Source: a virus
Taxonomy: Duplodnaviria; Caudoviricetes
IMG/VR virus record: IMGVR_UViG_3300049856_000084
Location: 915-64,914 of that record
Direction: 5' to 3' (one strand)
DNA: 64,000 bases
The notes beneath the pieces are model-generated. The model saw only the letters and a program-made list of their open reading frames with translations, ran no database searches and was not told where the DNA came from. The stretch's first letter is position 1; every line of letters begins with the position of its first letter. Positions 8,856-17,794 of the stretch are shown one piece after another. The position numbers and the translations under genes are program-made.

Positions 8856-8919
8856 AATTACAGGATAGCCGACTTCGATTTCTTCGTCAATACCTAAACT
8901 ATTGATTTATAATTACCGT

Positions 8920-9579
8920 ATGCTCTTCGCGCTCGCGGCGGTACAAGCGATATGCTCAGTAGTGCCGTGGTACAGGTGCCACCAGCAACGGCTGTACCTG
9001 GGCGTGATGTTTTTCGCCTACGACGCATTCCGCCAAATATTGCAGGGTGACCCATGCCATTACAAGGCCTACGCTGCGGCGTGGGTGGCGCTAGAACCGA
9101 TTGGCTTGGCGTTGTTGTGCTTAGCGACCCTTGAGGCATCCGGGCGCGTTCTGCGCGGCCACAAGGCTGAAACGGCGGCGTATTACCTATTGTGCGTACT
9201 GGCGGGGATCAGCTTGATTTGTGGGCTTGCAAAGCTGCTGGAGATACAGAGCAAGATATTTTGGGTGAATACCGAGATTCACAACCTCACCACATGGCAC
9301 CAGATCGCGTACGCGGCGTGCTGTGGGCTGCTCGCCTGGGCCGCTGCAAGTACCGGCAATGTGCATTGTAGGCGCATGGCGTGGCTGTGCGGGGTTGAAG
9401 CTGTGTTCATGCTGGCAGGCAATCTCAGGGGCATCTACGGCAGCTTAGTACCTATGGCGCTTTACGTTTCTACGGCGGGAACCAGCTTGATGTGGGCGCG
9501 GCCGGCGTCGGTGACAAACCAGCGGCTGGAGAAGCAGCGGGTATCGTTGGATGCGTCCATCTCCCACAACCGACGCTGA
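8920..9579 (+). CDS. Multi-pass (about 6-7 TM) membrane protein
   Basis: Repeated hydrophobic helices; TATAAT(8908)-N6-ATG leaderless start. Confidence 0.7.
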   Translation: MLFALAAVQAICSVVPWYRCHQQRLYLGVMFFAYDAFRQILQGDPCHYKAYAAAWVALEPIGLALLCLATLEASGRVLRGHKAETAAYYLLCVLAGISLICGLAKLLEIQSKIFWVNTEIHNLTTWHQIAYAACCGLLAWAAASTGNVHCRRMAWLCGVEAVFMLAGNLRGIYGSLVPMALYVSTAGTSLMWARPASVTNQRLEKQRVSLDASISHNRR

Positions 9580-9701
9580 ATGATATGTTCGGTGGTATCG
9601 AGACCACCATGCAGAAACAGCACTTCTCGCACCGCTACTACTGTGGCATTTGGCTCAAGCGCGGCCACGGTGCGCAGTAGCAGGCGATCAAAGTCAGTCA
9701 T
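9462..9701 (-). CDS. Small winged-helix-like protein
   Basis: FDRLLLR...WFVTDAGRA pattern; coupled to upstream gene; 3' end overlaps the membrane gene antisense. Confidence 0.45.
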   Translation of the reverse strand: MTDFDRLLLRTVAALEPNATVVAVREVLFLHGGLDTTEHIIQRRLWEMDASNDTRCFSSRWFVTDAGRAHIKLVPAVET

Positions 9702-9900
9702 ATTTCACATCCGGGTTGTTGTGCATGTCAATGGTAAAGCTAAAATCCCCAAGGACGGAATCTCGATAGGCGTTCAGTTCAGGCAACAATTCACGCCGGA
9801 AGCGGCGAACTGGCTTACCTGGGATTGTCAAGTAGATGCGGCCTTCTCTATCGGTATTCGTGAGCGATTGCAGGATTCTGGCGGCTCTGATGTCCGTCAC
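9694..9900 (-). CDS. Hypothetical protein
   Basis: GGAGG RBS, GTGA overlap. Confidence 0.5.
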   Translation of the reverse strand: MTDIRAARILQSLTNTDREGRIYLTIPGKPVRRFRRELLPELNAYRDSVLGDFSFTIDMHNNPDVKYD

Positions 9901-10068
9901 TTGTCAACCTCCACGCCATCCAGGTATTGAACATGCCGGTCGAGCATTGCCATAATCTCGGCGGCGGCTTTCATTCGGGTTTCACGAGTATCGCAATCGT
10001 AAATCGCCAATAATCCGATGATGCACAGCCGCACTGCCTCGCGTTTGTCATTATTCGCCGGGTCCATA

Positions 10069-10338
10069 TTAGATAGTTCCACCATAGCGGTTCTTGCGTG
10101 GCTCAACGCCGTGCTGTTCGCAGCACGCCACACCAACAGTGATTAATTTTCTAATTTCGACAAGTGCATCAGCGTCACCTCTATTACTGGCCCAAGCATC
10201 TTGAGCTTCGCGCAAGTACCGCGCCATGATTGTCAGCCATCCGCCTACCTCGTGGCCATGATTCTCAAGCGTGCCCCATTTCGCATCTTGAAACGTACGT
10301 TCTGAATCGATTGCACTGTAAACTTGTTCTCTGTTCAT
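10069..10338 (-). CDS. MazG-like / all-alpha NTP-pyrophosphatase-like protein
   Basis: AI..ER..QD.KWG...W...EIRK...VAC pattern. Confidence 0.5.
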   Translation of the reverse strand: MNREQVYSAIDSERTFQDAKWGTLENHGHEVGGWLTIMARYLREAQDAWASNRGDADALVEIRKLITVGVACCEQHGVEPRKNRYGGTI

Positions 10339-10377
10339 ATCAATCCTTTGAAGGCGGCCTTTCAGCCGCCTCAGCTT

Positions 10378-10764
10378 CTATTGTTGGTGCGTCCCTTCAA
10401 CTTGCCGCTTGATTCGCTCGCGTGTTCGCTCCTGCAAACAATCCAAAGCACTTCTGCAATGGGTTAAGGCTTGAGCGTTCATGACGGTGCTATATGGACC
10501 GGCTTGAAAGCATTCCAATCGATCAATAACAATCGCGAGAAGCGCTTCCTGCGTTACTCCGTTCACCCCGACCTCTTTGATTGGGCCGTTCTGGAAACTG
10601 ATACGGCATTTCTCCATTGTTGGGTGCAATTCCATGTAGTCGGATGGCATCAAGACTTCGTATTCATGGTTAGCACCACCAGCACCCGGTTCATCTAATA
10701 CGCGAATTTCCAGTTGGTGGTTAACTGAATCGCCTTCAACTATGTGTGTTTTTATGGTTCTCAT
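10378..10764 (-). CDS. tad1: Tad1-like anti-Thoeris immune-signal sponge
   Basis: GAGGANHEY...ISFQNG...GV....LLAIVIDRLECFQAGPYS...NA.ALTH...AL..L..R...R..R.VEGT closely matches Tad1 as recalled. Confidence 0.8.
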   Translation of the reverse strand: MRTIKTHIVEGDSVNHQLEIRVLDEPGAGGANHEYEVLMPSDYMELHPTMEKCRISFQNGPIKEVGVNGVTQEALLAIVIDRLECFQAGPYSTVMNAQALTHCRSALDCLQERTRERIKRQVEGTHQQ

Positions 10765-10768
10765 ATTA

Positions 10769-10900
10769 TTATCCGTGGCAGCCCGAGCACTTTGGCTCAT
10801 CTGCCATTCTGGTTGTTTCTGGTTGCACCGGGGAGGCTAGCCCAAGCGCGATAATCGATGTGGCTGCAAGTATCGCAGCGATCCACATTAGTGGCTTCAT
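10769..10900 (-). CDS. 43-aa secreted peptide precursor ending CSGCHG (below ORF-track cutoff)
   Basis: TAGGAG RBS; MKPLMWIAAILAATSIIALGLASPVQPETTRMADEPKCSGCHG fills the gap between neighbours. Confidence 0.7.
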   Translation of the reverse strand: MKPLMWIAAILAATSIIALGLASPVQPETTRMADEPKCSGCHG

Positions 10901-10907
10901 AGTTCTC

Positions 10908-11153
10908 CTAAACGGGCGGTTCATTCGGTTTGTACTTCCGTTTCACCGAAAATTGCAAGGTCTTGATATCATAACCACGATCTTCAAGTTCATCCAAAAA
11001 CGGTTTACCGTCTGACGACGATTCCAAGTAAGTAAATACCCCATGTACGAGACGCCCATCTGGACGGCACGGTGAACCGTATACGATATCGTTTTTTTTC
11101 TTGTCCCAGTAGCAGGTCAACCATCCCTCGTCCCAGTGCTTGCCTCTTAGCAT
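10908..11153 (-). CDS. Hypothetical phage protein
   Basis: FLDELEDRGYDIKTLQFSV motif recalled from phage hypotheticals. Confidence 0.6.
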   Translation of the reverse strand: MLRGKHWDEGWLTCYWDKKKNDIVYGSPCRPDGRLVHGVFTYLESSSDGKPFLDELEDRGYDIKTLQFSVKRKYKPNEPPV

Positions 11154-11356
11154 TTACGTTTCTCCACGGGCGCGTCTTCAATTGGCGTAGCGGCCAATGC
11201 TCTATCTTCGCAATGCTGGTTCATAATTGCAGCATTTGCCTCAACGCCGCAGAAGGTACACACAAGCCACACGCGGCGCTTGTGTTGCTGGCGTATCCAA
11301 TTGTGCGGCGTTGTACTCATATGTTCCTTTGAAGCCGGATGGGATCAAGCACCCGG

Positions 11357-11968
11357 CTATCGTGCTGGCCCCAGAGCAGGCTCAGCCGCGATCTGTAGTA
11401 TTCGCACCTTGCGCTTGTAATCAGGCATGTAGCTCACCAGATGCGCATTCTTGGTACGAAAGGCGTCAATAGCGGCCTGCAATTCCTCGACGCCTTCTAC
11501 CGATTCTTCCATACCCTCATAGCTTTCCTCGCAGCCATTAGCCACCAAATCACTGGCGTCATCAATAGCCGGGCCTCTGAGTGTTGGCGTGCAGCAAAAA
11601 GCAAACTCAACTTGCGGGAGTTCGTCATTGGCAAGGTAGTCCGACAAGTCTTCAGCGCTCTCGAAGTACCCATCCCCCCATCCACCACTACTCACGGCGT
11701 CAGTGTAAACCGGGCCGGTGTAACCCTCTACCAGTTCGGCGCGTTCGAGATTTGCGGCTTCTCGCTCCTCGCGTTGTTTGCGATCACAGGTGTTGCAGTA
11801 CAGCTTTGGATTTGAAATTTGCCGCTTGATCGGCACTCCGCATGTATAGCAGGTGCAGCACTTCTCTGCAATGTCCATATTGGGAAGTGCGAACAGCGTG
11901 TTGCATTCGCTGCAAGCTGCAATTTGCGATGGCGTACCGTCTGCGTACATTAGTTGTTTCGCGTTCAT
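11357..11968 (-). CDS. Cys-rich Zn-binding, acidic hypothetical protein
   Basis: Three CxxC pairs; ATGA overlap. Confidence 0.65.
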   Translation of the reverse strand: MNAKQLMYADGTPSQIAACSECNTLFALPNMDIAEKCCTCYTCGVPIKRQISNPKLYCNTCDRKQREEREAANLERAELVEGYTGPVYTDAVSSGGWGDGYFESAEDLSDYLANDELPQVEFAFCCTPTLRGPAIDDASDLVANGCEESYEGMEESVEGVEELQAAIDAFRTKNAHLVSYMPDYKRKVRILQIAAEPALGPAR

Positions 11969-12387
11969 ACTTTATTGATCCTTGCTACAAAATCCTTGCC
12001 TTCTTTCCGCAGCCGCCGCGTTTCCGATTTATGGCACGGCACACACAGCGTGCGAAGATTGTCCATGTCGCCAGAGCCACCAAGGCTCACTGGGATGATG
12101 TGGTCGGCCTCGGTATCGGACTGAGCATCTCCGCAAAGCTGGCAGGTATTTTTATCGCGCCTGCGTACATAATCGAAAAGCGTTTGCGGGTAACAGGCGT
12201 ATCGAATCGATTGAGCGCATTCTTTGGCATCGCACCTTGTACGGCGACCGCTGGGAACGCGAACGTGGCACCAAGTGCAAACGCGAATCGCCTGATGCTT
12301 GAATATTTCTTGCTGTGCATCTTGCATTTCGCGCCATGTCACAAGCCCCAGAATCGGGTGAGTGATGCGATGTGGACGCTTGTTCAT
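11965..12387 (-). CDS. HNH endonuclease
   Basis: RDKNTCQLCG...ADHIIPVSLGG...NLRTLCVPCHK..T. Confidence 0.9.
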   Translation of the reverse strand: MNKRPHRITHPILGLVTWREMQDAQQEIFKHQAIRVCTWCHVRVPSGRRTRCDAKECAQSIRYACYPQTLFDYVRRRDKNTCQLCGDAQSDTEADHIIPVSLGGSGDMDNLRTLCVPCHKSETRRLRKEGKDFVARINKV

Positions 12388-12707
12388 GCCTTGCCGTCCC
12401 TTGAATCTTGCACTGAAGCCACTACCGCCAGCACCGCCAGCGCCTCATCAATCGTCTCAACAACAGCCTTCTGGCCGCGCCAGTCGCCGTGCCATACAAC
12501 CTGTGCAGGTGTAAGCTGTTTTTGCGGTCGATGCGTCGTAGTGATCGGCTCCTTCACTTCGATGCACAGATTGACGCCGCGATACCCTACCAGCAGATCG
12601 GTACAGCCTCCACCAACGGCACTCAACGGTTGCACCGATGCACCGCATTGGCGCAGGGCCTTCACGATGGCTGGCTGGTTCTTGTCGATCCTGCCAAACT
12701 TTCTCAC
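12384..12707 (-). CDS. VRR-NUC family nuclease / putative resolvase
   Basis: DKNQPAIVKALR..G...G.TDLLVG......IEVK.....LTPAQ..W. Confidence 0.8.
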   Translation of the reverse strand: MRKFGRIDKNQPAIVKALRQCGASVQPLSAVGGGCTDLLVGYRGVNLCIEVKEPITTTHRPQKQLTPAQVVWHGDWRGQKAVVETIDEALAVLAVVASVQDSRDGKA

Positions 12708-13162
12708 TTGCCCTCCAGCCGCGCTTTCGCCGCATTGAGTTCAGCGGTATATGTTGGTCCGGTATATGGCCCGTTGTGAATCTGCGATAGACACCAAACG
12801 GCACGGTAATCTTCGCTTGCGTGGAGTGCTTCAAGTTGATTCACCAACTTAATGAGCGCTTCTCGCAGCTTCTCATTCTCGGAGTTCAGGCGTTGCAGGT
12901 CTGAGCACATCTGCGCGAATACTGACTTCTGGACGGCGATAGTATCGCGTGGCTCTGTGTTTTGCGTTTCGGTGAATGTACCGCATTTGGGGTATTCAGG
13001 CGAATCCACGAATTCAAGATACACTTTGGCGTCTTCAGCGTCGGGATAGCCTGAAAGCACCTCGCGAATTTCCTGCCAGTGCTGCTTGATCACGGCGCCC
13101 AATATTGTGGAATCGCCGATGCTCAGCTTGTCGAACATTTCGAGCAGTTCAGGTTTTGTCAT
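12704..13162 (-). CDS. Hypothetical protein
   Basis: TAGGA RBS; coiled-coil ENEKLREAL. Confidence 0.55.
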   Translation of the reverse strand: MTKPELLEMFDKLSIGDSTILGAVIKQHWQEIREVLSGYPDAEDAKVYLEFVDSPEYPKCGTFTETQNTEPRDTIAVQKSVFAQMCSDLQRLNSENEKLREALIKLVNQLEALHASEDYRAVWCLSQIHNGPYTGPTYTAELNAAKARLEGK

Positions 13163-13324
13163 CTGGTTTGTCCTAGTTTGAACTTCAATCGCCCTATCTG
13201 TGCCAGCAAAATCGGGATATCGCCATGAACGCCTACCGTATTTTGTAGCTTGGCAAGTTTGGCAGATTGAAACGCGATCATGCCTTCTACGTCCGAACTG
13301 GTTTCGATAGCCAGCAACTCAGCG

Positions 13325-13612
13325 TTAGTCATCGATTTTCCATCCTTTCGCTGCCTTTTTCAATTGGCGGTACTCTTCAGGGGAGCATCCAAAGTATACG
13401 GAGATTCGCAAGAGACCCCACGTAGTTGGTGGGGCAGAGTAGCCTCGTTCTATGTCGCTCATGTACATTACCTTCCATCCCATAAGCCGTGCTACTTCAC
13501 CTAACGTCTTGTTGTGTTTCCTTCGTAGTAGCCTGAGCACTTCGCCAAAGCATGGGTTACATGGACGATTGTCCGGCTCAACCGGATGCTTGAATGTTCC
13601 ACAGCCTTTCAT
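13325..13612 (-). CDS. XRE-family helix-turn-helix regulator
   Basis: FGEVLRLLR.....TLGEVARLMG....YMSDIERG..PP. Confidence 0.8.
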   Translation of the reverse strand: MKGCGTFKHPVEPDNRPCNPCFGEVLRLLRRKHNKTLGEVARLMGWKVMYMSDIERGYSAPPTTWGLLRISVYFGCSPEEYRQLKKAAKGWKIDD

Positions 13613-13812
13613 GGTCCCGGCCTCCGTAAATCTGCCAATGCTCTTGTCAAATCCATGGATGCACGGCGTACCGCTGCCGACGCCTTGGAGTCATCAACGA
13701 ATTGCCTTTTGCTGCCGTTTGAATATGTGTACTCCTTGAATGTTACTGCCTTGCATCGCTTCAGGAAACGCTCAGCCTCAGCCTTTGCGGCATCCAGTAT
13801 TTCTTTCGTCAT
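13609..13812 (-). CDS. Hypothetical phage protein
   Basis: AAVRRASMDLTRALADLRRP motif; GGAGG RBS. Confidence 0.6.
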   Translation of the reverse strand: MTKEILDAAKAEAERFLKRCKAVTFKEYTYSNGSKRQFVDDSKASAAVRRASMDLTRALADLRRPGP

Positions 13813-14027
13813 TCGATAACCTCCACGCCGCTGATGCGCGGCTTGCCAGTGCCGTTACAAAACCAGCAAGGCTTGGACTCTCCGCGAATTTCTAGACTCC
13901 CTGTGCCGCTGCAATTGGCGCATTGCCATGGTTCCCATGGCTTTCTCCCGCTCATGGCCTTGTGAACAATGCGCACGGCTTGTTCCATCGTTTGTGTCTC
14001 GTACTTGATTCGGATTTGTTCAGCCAT
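13809..14027 (-). CDS. DnaJ-type Zn-finger small protein
   Basis: CANCSGTG...CWFCNGTG. Confidence 0.6.
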   Translation of the reverse strand: MAEQIRIKYETQTMEQAVRIVHKAMSGRKPWEPWQCANCSGTGSLEIRGESKPCWFCNGTGKPRISGVEVIE

Positions 14028-14239
14028 TACCGCACCTTCCCCAGCACCCATGCCGACGCCTGTTTCAGCGCTTCGATCAACACATCCACTTGGTCTATCG
14101 TTTCAGGCCATGACCGCGGGGTGATGCGGTATCTCCCGGGTCTTACCCATGCTGAAACAAGAATAGAATTAGAGCCGGAGTACCATGACCGCTCTTCTTT
14201 TTCTCCGAACGTCTCATCGACGATTGTAAATTTCATCAC
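14027..14239 (-). CDS. Hypothetical protein, paralog of 14236-14484
   Basis: Shared TIxDxT..RxW...VxAxVR...YxITP...L..A..W pattern. Confidence 0.55.
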   Translation of the reverse strand: MMKFTIVDETFGEKEERSWYSGSNSILVSAWVRPGRYRITPRSWPETIDQVDVLIEALKQASAWVLGKVR

Positions 14240-14484
14240 CGCACCTCCACATGCTCAGAGATCCACGTTTCAGCCTCAACTAGGCATCGACGAAGGAGCG
14301 CTGAGTTTTCCAGCGTGGTCATGGATGCACGCAGCGGGGTTATAGAATAAGAATCGCCCCTTACCCTTGCAGTTACGATCAATATTCCGCCCTGCATCCA
14401 ATCGCGACTCTTCAGACCATTGGAGTACGTTTGGTCATCAATAGTAATCGATGGGCTCTCGCCTTTCATTGTAGGTATCACCAT
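14236..14484 (-). CDS. Hypothetical protein, paralog of 14027-14239
   Basis: Same pattern; GGAGG RBS. Confidence 0.55.
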   Translation of the reverse strand: MVIPTMKGESPSITIDDQTYSNGLKSRDWMQGGILIVTARVRGDSYSITPLRASMTTLENSALLRRCLVEAETWISEHVEVR

Positions 14485-15183
14485 TTACCGCACCTCCACA
14501 TGCGAGCCACGCGGCTCCAGCGTTACGCCGGGTACGGTACGCCTCCCGGTGCCTTGGCAATCGGGGCAAGGTACACGAGTTTGCTCATCGTCACCATACC
14601 ATTCCAAATCGCCGTGCCCACCACACTGCTCGCAATTCTTCGCCAACTCCGCACGGATGCGGTCGAGGTTGGGAACGCGCTTCACTATGGCATCCTTAAC
14701 CGTATAGCCATTGAGGATAAACGGGACCAATTGCCCAGCTTCTTTCCATGGACCCCACGGCATCACCACATGCGCATCGCACAGCGCATCCGGAACCAGT
14801 TCAGGGTTCGTGATCGTGAGTGCCTGTTTGCCGCCATTACCTTTCAGCGACAATACGCCAGTGCGCCCTTCCAGCTTCGTAATGCCACGCTTGCCCATAA
14901 TGAACTGAACAATGGCCTTCATGCGCTCGCCACGGCCTTCCCACGTCTTCTGGTAGTCTCTGAGCCGTTCCGATTCAGCTTTTGCACCTTGCGCCATAAA
15001 CTTGCACTGGTTGATCCATGCCACAATGCCATCAACCTTGGATACTTCGCGTTCACAGTACAGAGCAATCTGCGCGTCGATGGCTTCGAGCGATTCCTGA
15101 GTCAGGTCCGGCTCATCGTACAACTGCATGAGTTGCGTGAGTTCGGCGTCGATCTGGTACAGGCTGAGTGATTGTTCGCCCAT
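14485..15183 (-). CDS. Gp157-family protein with inserted CxxCxGxG zinc finger
   Basis: LSLYQI...KVDGI.....A...K.E..RL pattern, VPG..LE C-terminus, adjacent to the annealase. Confidence 0.75.
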   Translation of the reverse strand: MGEQSLSLYQIDAELTQLMQLYDEPDLTQESLEAIDAQIALYCEREVSKVDGIVAWINQCKFMAQGAKAESERLRDYQKTWEGRGERMKAIVQFIMGKRGITKLEGRTGVLSLKGNGGKQALTITNPELVPDALCDAHVVMPWGPWKEAGQLVPFILNGYTVKDAIVKRVPNLDRIRAELAKNCEQCGGHGDLEWYGDDEQTRVPCPDCQGTGRRTVPGVTLEPRGSHVEVR

Positions 15184-15185
15184 GG

Positions 15186-16229
15186 TTAGGCTCCTAGCGC
15201 TGCTTCATTCTCAAGTGCTCGAACCAATGCATCCATCTGGTCGGTGGTGACGTTCTTGGTTGACTTGCGTCCGAAGAATGCCAAGATGTCTCGGTACTTC
15301 TCTTCTGGAATTTCGCGCTGCTTCTGGAGTGTTCGTAGCATCGCAACCTGCTTGCCATTAATCACTGGGCAGGAGTCTCTTGCGCCTTGTTCCCCGTCGC
15401 CAATCATCATCGGCTCGATCACTTCTTCATATTGCTCTTCCTGAAGTTCTTCAACTGTTGATGCTTCGAGTACCTTGTCGCGATCCTTGGCATACTTGTA
15501 AGCCTTTTCCATGAATTCGGAATCGAGCAACTTGGATTCATCGGGGGATAGCGTAGAGAACCACTGTCGAAGCATGACTGATCCCAGCTTAGACTTGGAA
15601 CGAACCCCGTCCTTGAGCTTCTCGGTTGCAACCGCAAGCTGCGCGGCCCTTGCCGCAGCAAGCTCTTCTGCTGTTGGCTCAGGTGGAACGTAATCTCCGT
15701 CGGAATTGACAACACCACCAAGTTCTTCCGGCACATAGACAGGCATCCCGCAAGTGACCTCTGGACAATACCATTTCTGCCCATTCGAGATAGCACGGTT
15801 GAAGTACATGTTTCGAGGGAACTTGCGGTACATGTCGCTGTAGACTCCCGCTGTTTTAGCATCCTCTTCGGTGAAGCTAGACTCGCCCAAAATCTCGCCC
15901 TGCTTGCCGATGAACTGCAAAGAACAGCCCTTGTTGTCGAACTTCAGGTGTTTGAAGTTGTAGCCATGGCGACGGATCTGAGAAGCAATCAGCCCACCGC
16001 TCAGCGTGATCTTCCCTTTGATGATGTGAATGCCCATGACGGCGGCTACGGGCGCAATGCCTAGTTCTTCCCCTGCCATCACCTTAACAGCGGCTTGGGC
16101 GGCTTCACGCATATCGGAGAAGTACCCTGACTGCGCAAGGATGTTCCCGATGCGTTCAAGCCCGTTGATGCGCTCGTTGGAAAACCGCGCTACTTCTTGA
16201 TTCTGTACTACGATTTCTGTTGTTGACAT
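15186..16229 (-). CDS. RecT/Red-beta-like single-strand annealing protein
   Basis: KVMAGEELGIAP..A..GIHIIKGK...A..AG....Y.KFPRNM...RA......PEV..G..Y.PEEL. Confidence 0.8.
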   Translation of the reverse strand: MSTTEIVVQNQEVARFSNERINGLERIGNILAQSGYFSDMREAAQAAVKVMAGEELGIAPVAAVMGIHIIKGKITLSGGLIASQIRRHGYNFKHLKFDNKGCSLQFIGKQGEILGESSFTEEDAKTAGVYSDMYRKFPRNMYFNRAISNGQKWYCPEVTCGMPVYVPEELGGVVNSDGDYVPPEPTAEELAAARAAQLAVATEKLKDGVRSKSKLGSVMLRQWFSTLSPDESKLLDSEFMEKAYKYAKDRDKVLEASTVEELQEEQYEEVIEPMMIGDGEQGARDSCPVINGKQVAMLRTLQKQREIPEEKYRDILAFFGRKSTKNVTTDQMDALVRALENEAALGA

Positions 16230-16380
16230 AATCCCTTTGCTCCTGCCACCCATGTAAATGACCTGTTAAACATCTCCACCTTGTAGAACCCTTCCGTTAT
16301 CCCGCTCGCCTCAACCTTGCCGCATCGCTGGCACACCCAGCGCCATCCGCCAAAGAACAGCTTGTACCGCCAATCGTGGT

Positions 16381-17247
16381 TCATTTCATGTCCACCGCAA
16401 TAGCCCTAAGCTGTATCGCCTTGCTTCGGTACTCCACTATTGTGGCCTCAAGCTCTTTGTTCCTGGCGCGGCACTTGCGGAGCTTGTCGATGCACGCCAT
16501 ATGCTGAGCGAACGCCATTGGTAATTTACTCCGTTCTTCTGCCAACTCGATCAACTTGCGCTGCTCTTCGATGGTCAGCTTGTAATTGTGGATCTGGCGT
16601 TGAAGTTCGGCAATCTGGCCCGTTAAATCGGGGACATGCATGGATATGTTCATTGCCTTGGCGTAGTCCGCCTTCAGCTTCTCGTTCTCCGCTTGCAAGT
16701 CGGCGTACTCGCCAACGTTCAGCATATTGGCATGAGTCATATTCGCGATGAAGCTGTCCTTTTCTGCTACAGATTCCAGTACCGCCTTGTGGTTGCGCCC
16801 CAGCACCGCGTTAGCCTCTGTGAGCGAGTCGATCTGCTGTGTCTTAAGTTCGCAGGCCCTACGAGCCAGTTCGTTCTCGGTTTTAAGTGAGTCGCGCTCC
16901 GCCAGTAACTCAGCGTGTTCCTTCTTGTAGTCGATGGCATTCTCAATATCTGTTTGGCGTTGAACCGCAGTATCGCGTTCTCGCTTCAGCCGCAGCGCCT
17001 GGGTATGCAGCGCCGCGATCTCGCGGTCCTTGCGTTCTATCTCCCCTCGTAGGCTCGACGTCTCAGCCACATATACGTTGAGCGAGTCCCTGGCGGCTTG
17101 AAGTTCTTGCACCTTGGCCGCGTTGCCAGCTTTCGCCGTTTCGAGTAGCGATTGAAGTTCGGCAATCTGCCCAATGTAAAACTCGTGCAGATCAGTCAGA
17201 TCGCTTGTCACTTTGTTTCGCAGTACCGCTTGTTTCGTATAGTCCAT
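16381..17247 (-). CDS. Long coiled-coil protein
   Basis: Heptad-rich 288 aa; AGAGGA RBS. Confidence 0.7.
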   Translation of the reverse strand: MDYTKQAVLRNKVTSDLTDLHEFYIGQIAELQSLLETAKAGNAAKVQELQAARDSLNVYVAETSSLRGEIERKDREIAALHTQALRLKRERDTAVQRQTDIENAIDYKKEHAELLAERDSLKTENELARRACELKTQQIDSLTEANAVLGRNHKAVLESVAEKDSFIANMTHANMLNVGEYADLQAENEKLKADYAKAMNISMHVPDLTGQIAELQRQIHNYKLTIEEQRKLIELAEERSKLPMAFAQHMACIDKLRKCRARNKELEATIVEYRSKAIQLRAIAVDMK

Positions 17248-17343
17248 AAATCCTCTAAAAGTGGGCCAGCCTCCCCCATGGACACTGGCCCGTTAGTTGA
17301 GCGTTGGTCAAGCTGCTCGGAGTGGGCAGCGGCGCTCAGTCCC

Positions 17344-17793
17344 TCAAACTTCTGGAGTTGTCACCACGATTACGCGATCAGGCCCAACCATGTCGATGAG
17401 TTCAGAAATCGGATTCTTTGACATGTGCGCCTCTTTGGGAATTGGAGCAATGTCAAGCATTTCTGGGACTTCAACACCGTACTTGCCAGAAGTGATTTTT
17501 GACAGCCACCCAAGGATAAGGCTCGCCCGTTCATTTTTGCCAGCGTCAGTTTCCATCATTAAGACCAATTCGCCTACTGCAAAGGTTTGAATTTCAGGAC
17601 TGTCTAATTGCGGGAATTGTTTCAGCAAGTAAGGCTTACACTCTTCCCCAAATCTTCCCAGTTGATGGGTGAATACACTCTCCCCCGTCATGAAGCTGAG
17701 AATGTCATACAGCCCATCAATGTGTCTGGTTGATACGAGACGGCCAGTGGTAACACTGAGAACGTCTGAAATGTGAAATTGCTTCGTGTCCAT
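17344..17793 (-). CDS. Conserved phage hypothetical protein
   Basis: FHISDVLSVTTGRLVS..H..G.YDIL.FMTG....THQL motif. Confidence 0.7.
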   Translation of the reverse strand: MDTKQFHISDVLSVTTGRLVSTRHIDGLYDILSFMTGESVFTHQLGRFGEECKPYLLKQFPQLDSPEIQTFAVGELVLMMETDAGKNERASLILGWLSKITSGKYGVEVPEMLDIAPIPKEAHMSKNPISELIDMVGPDRVIVVTTPEV

Positions 17794-17794
17794 T

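Noticed and set aside
11842-12738. 298-aa plus-strand ORF
   Set aside because: Antisense shadow of the clearly recognisable HNH and VRR-NUC genes
14431-15171. 246-aa plus-strand ORF
   Set aside because: Antisense shadow of the Gp157-family gene
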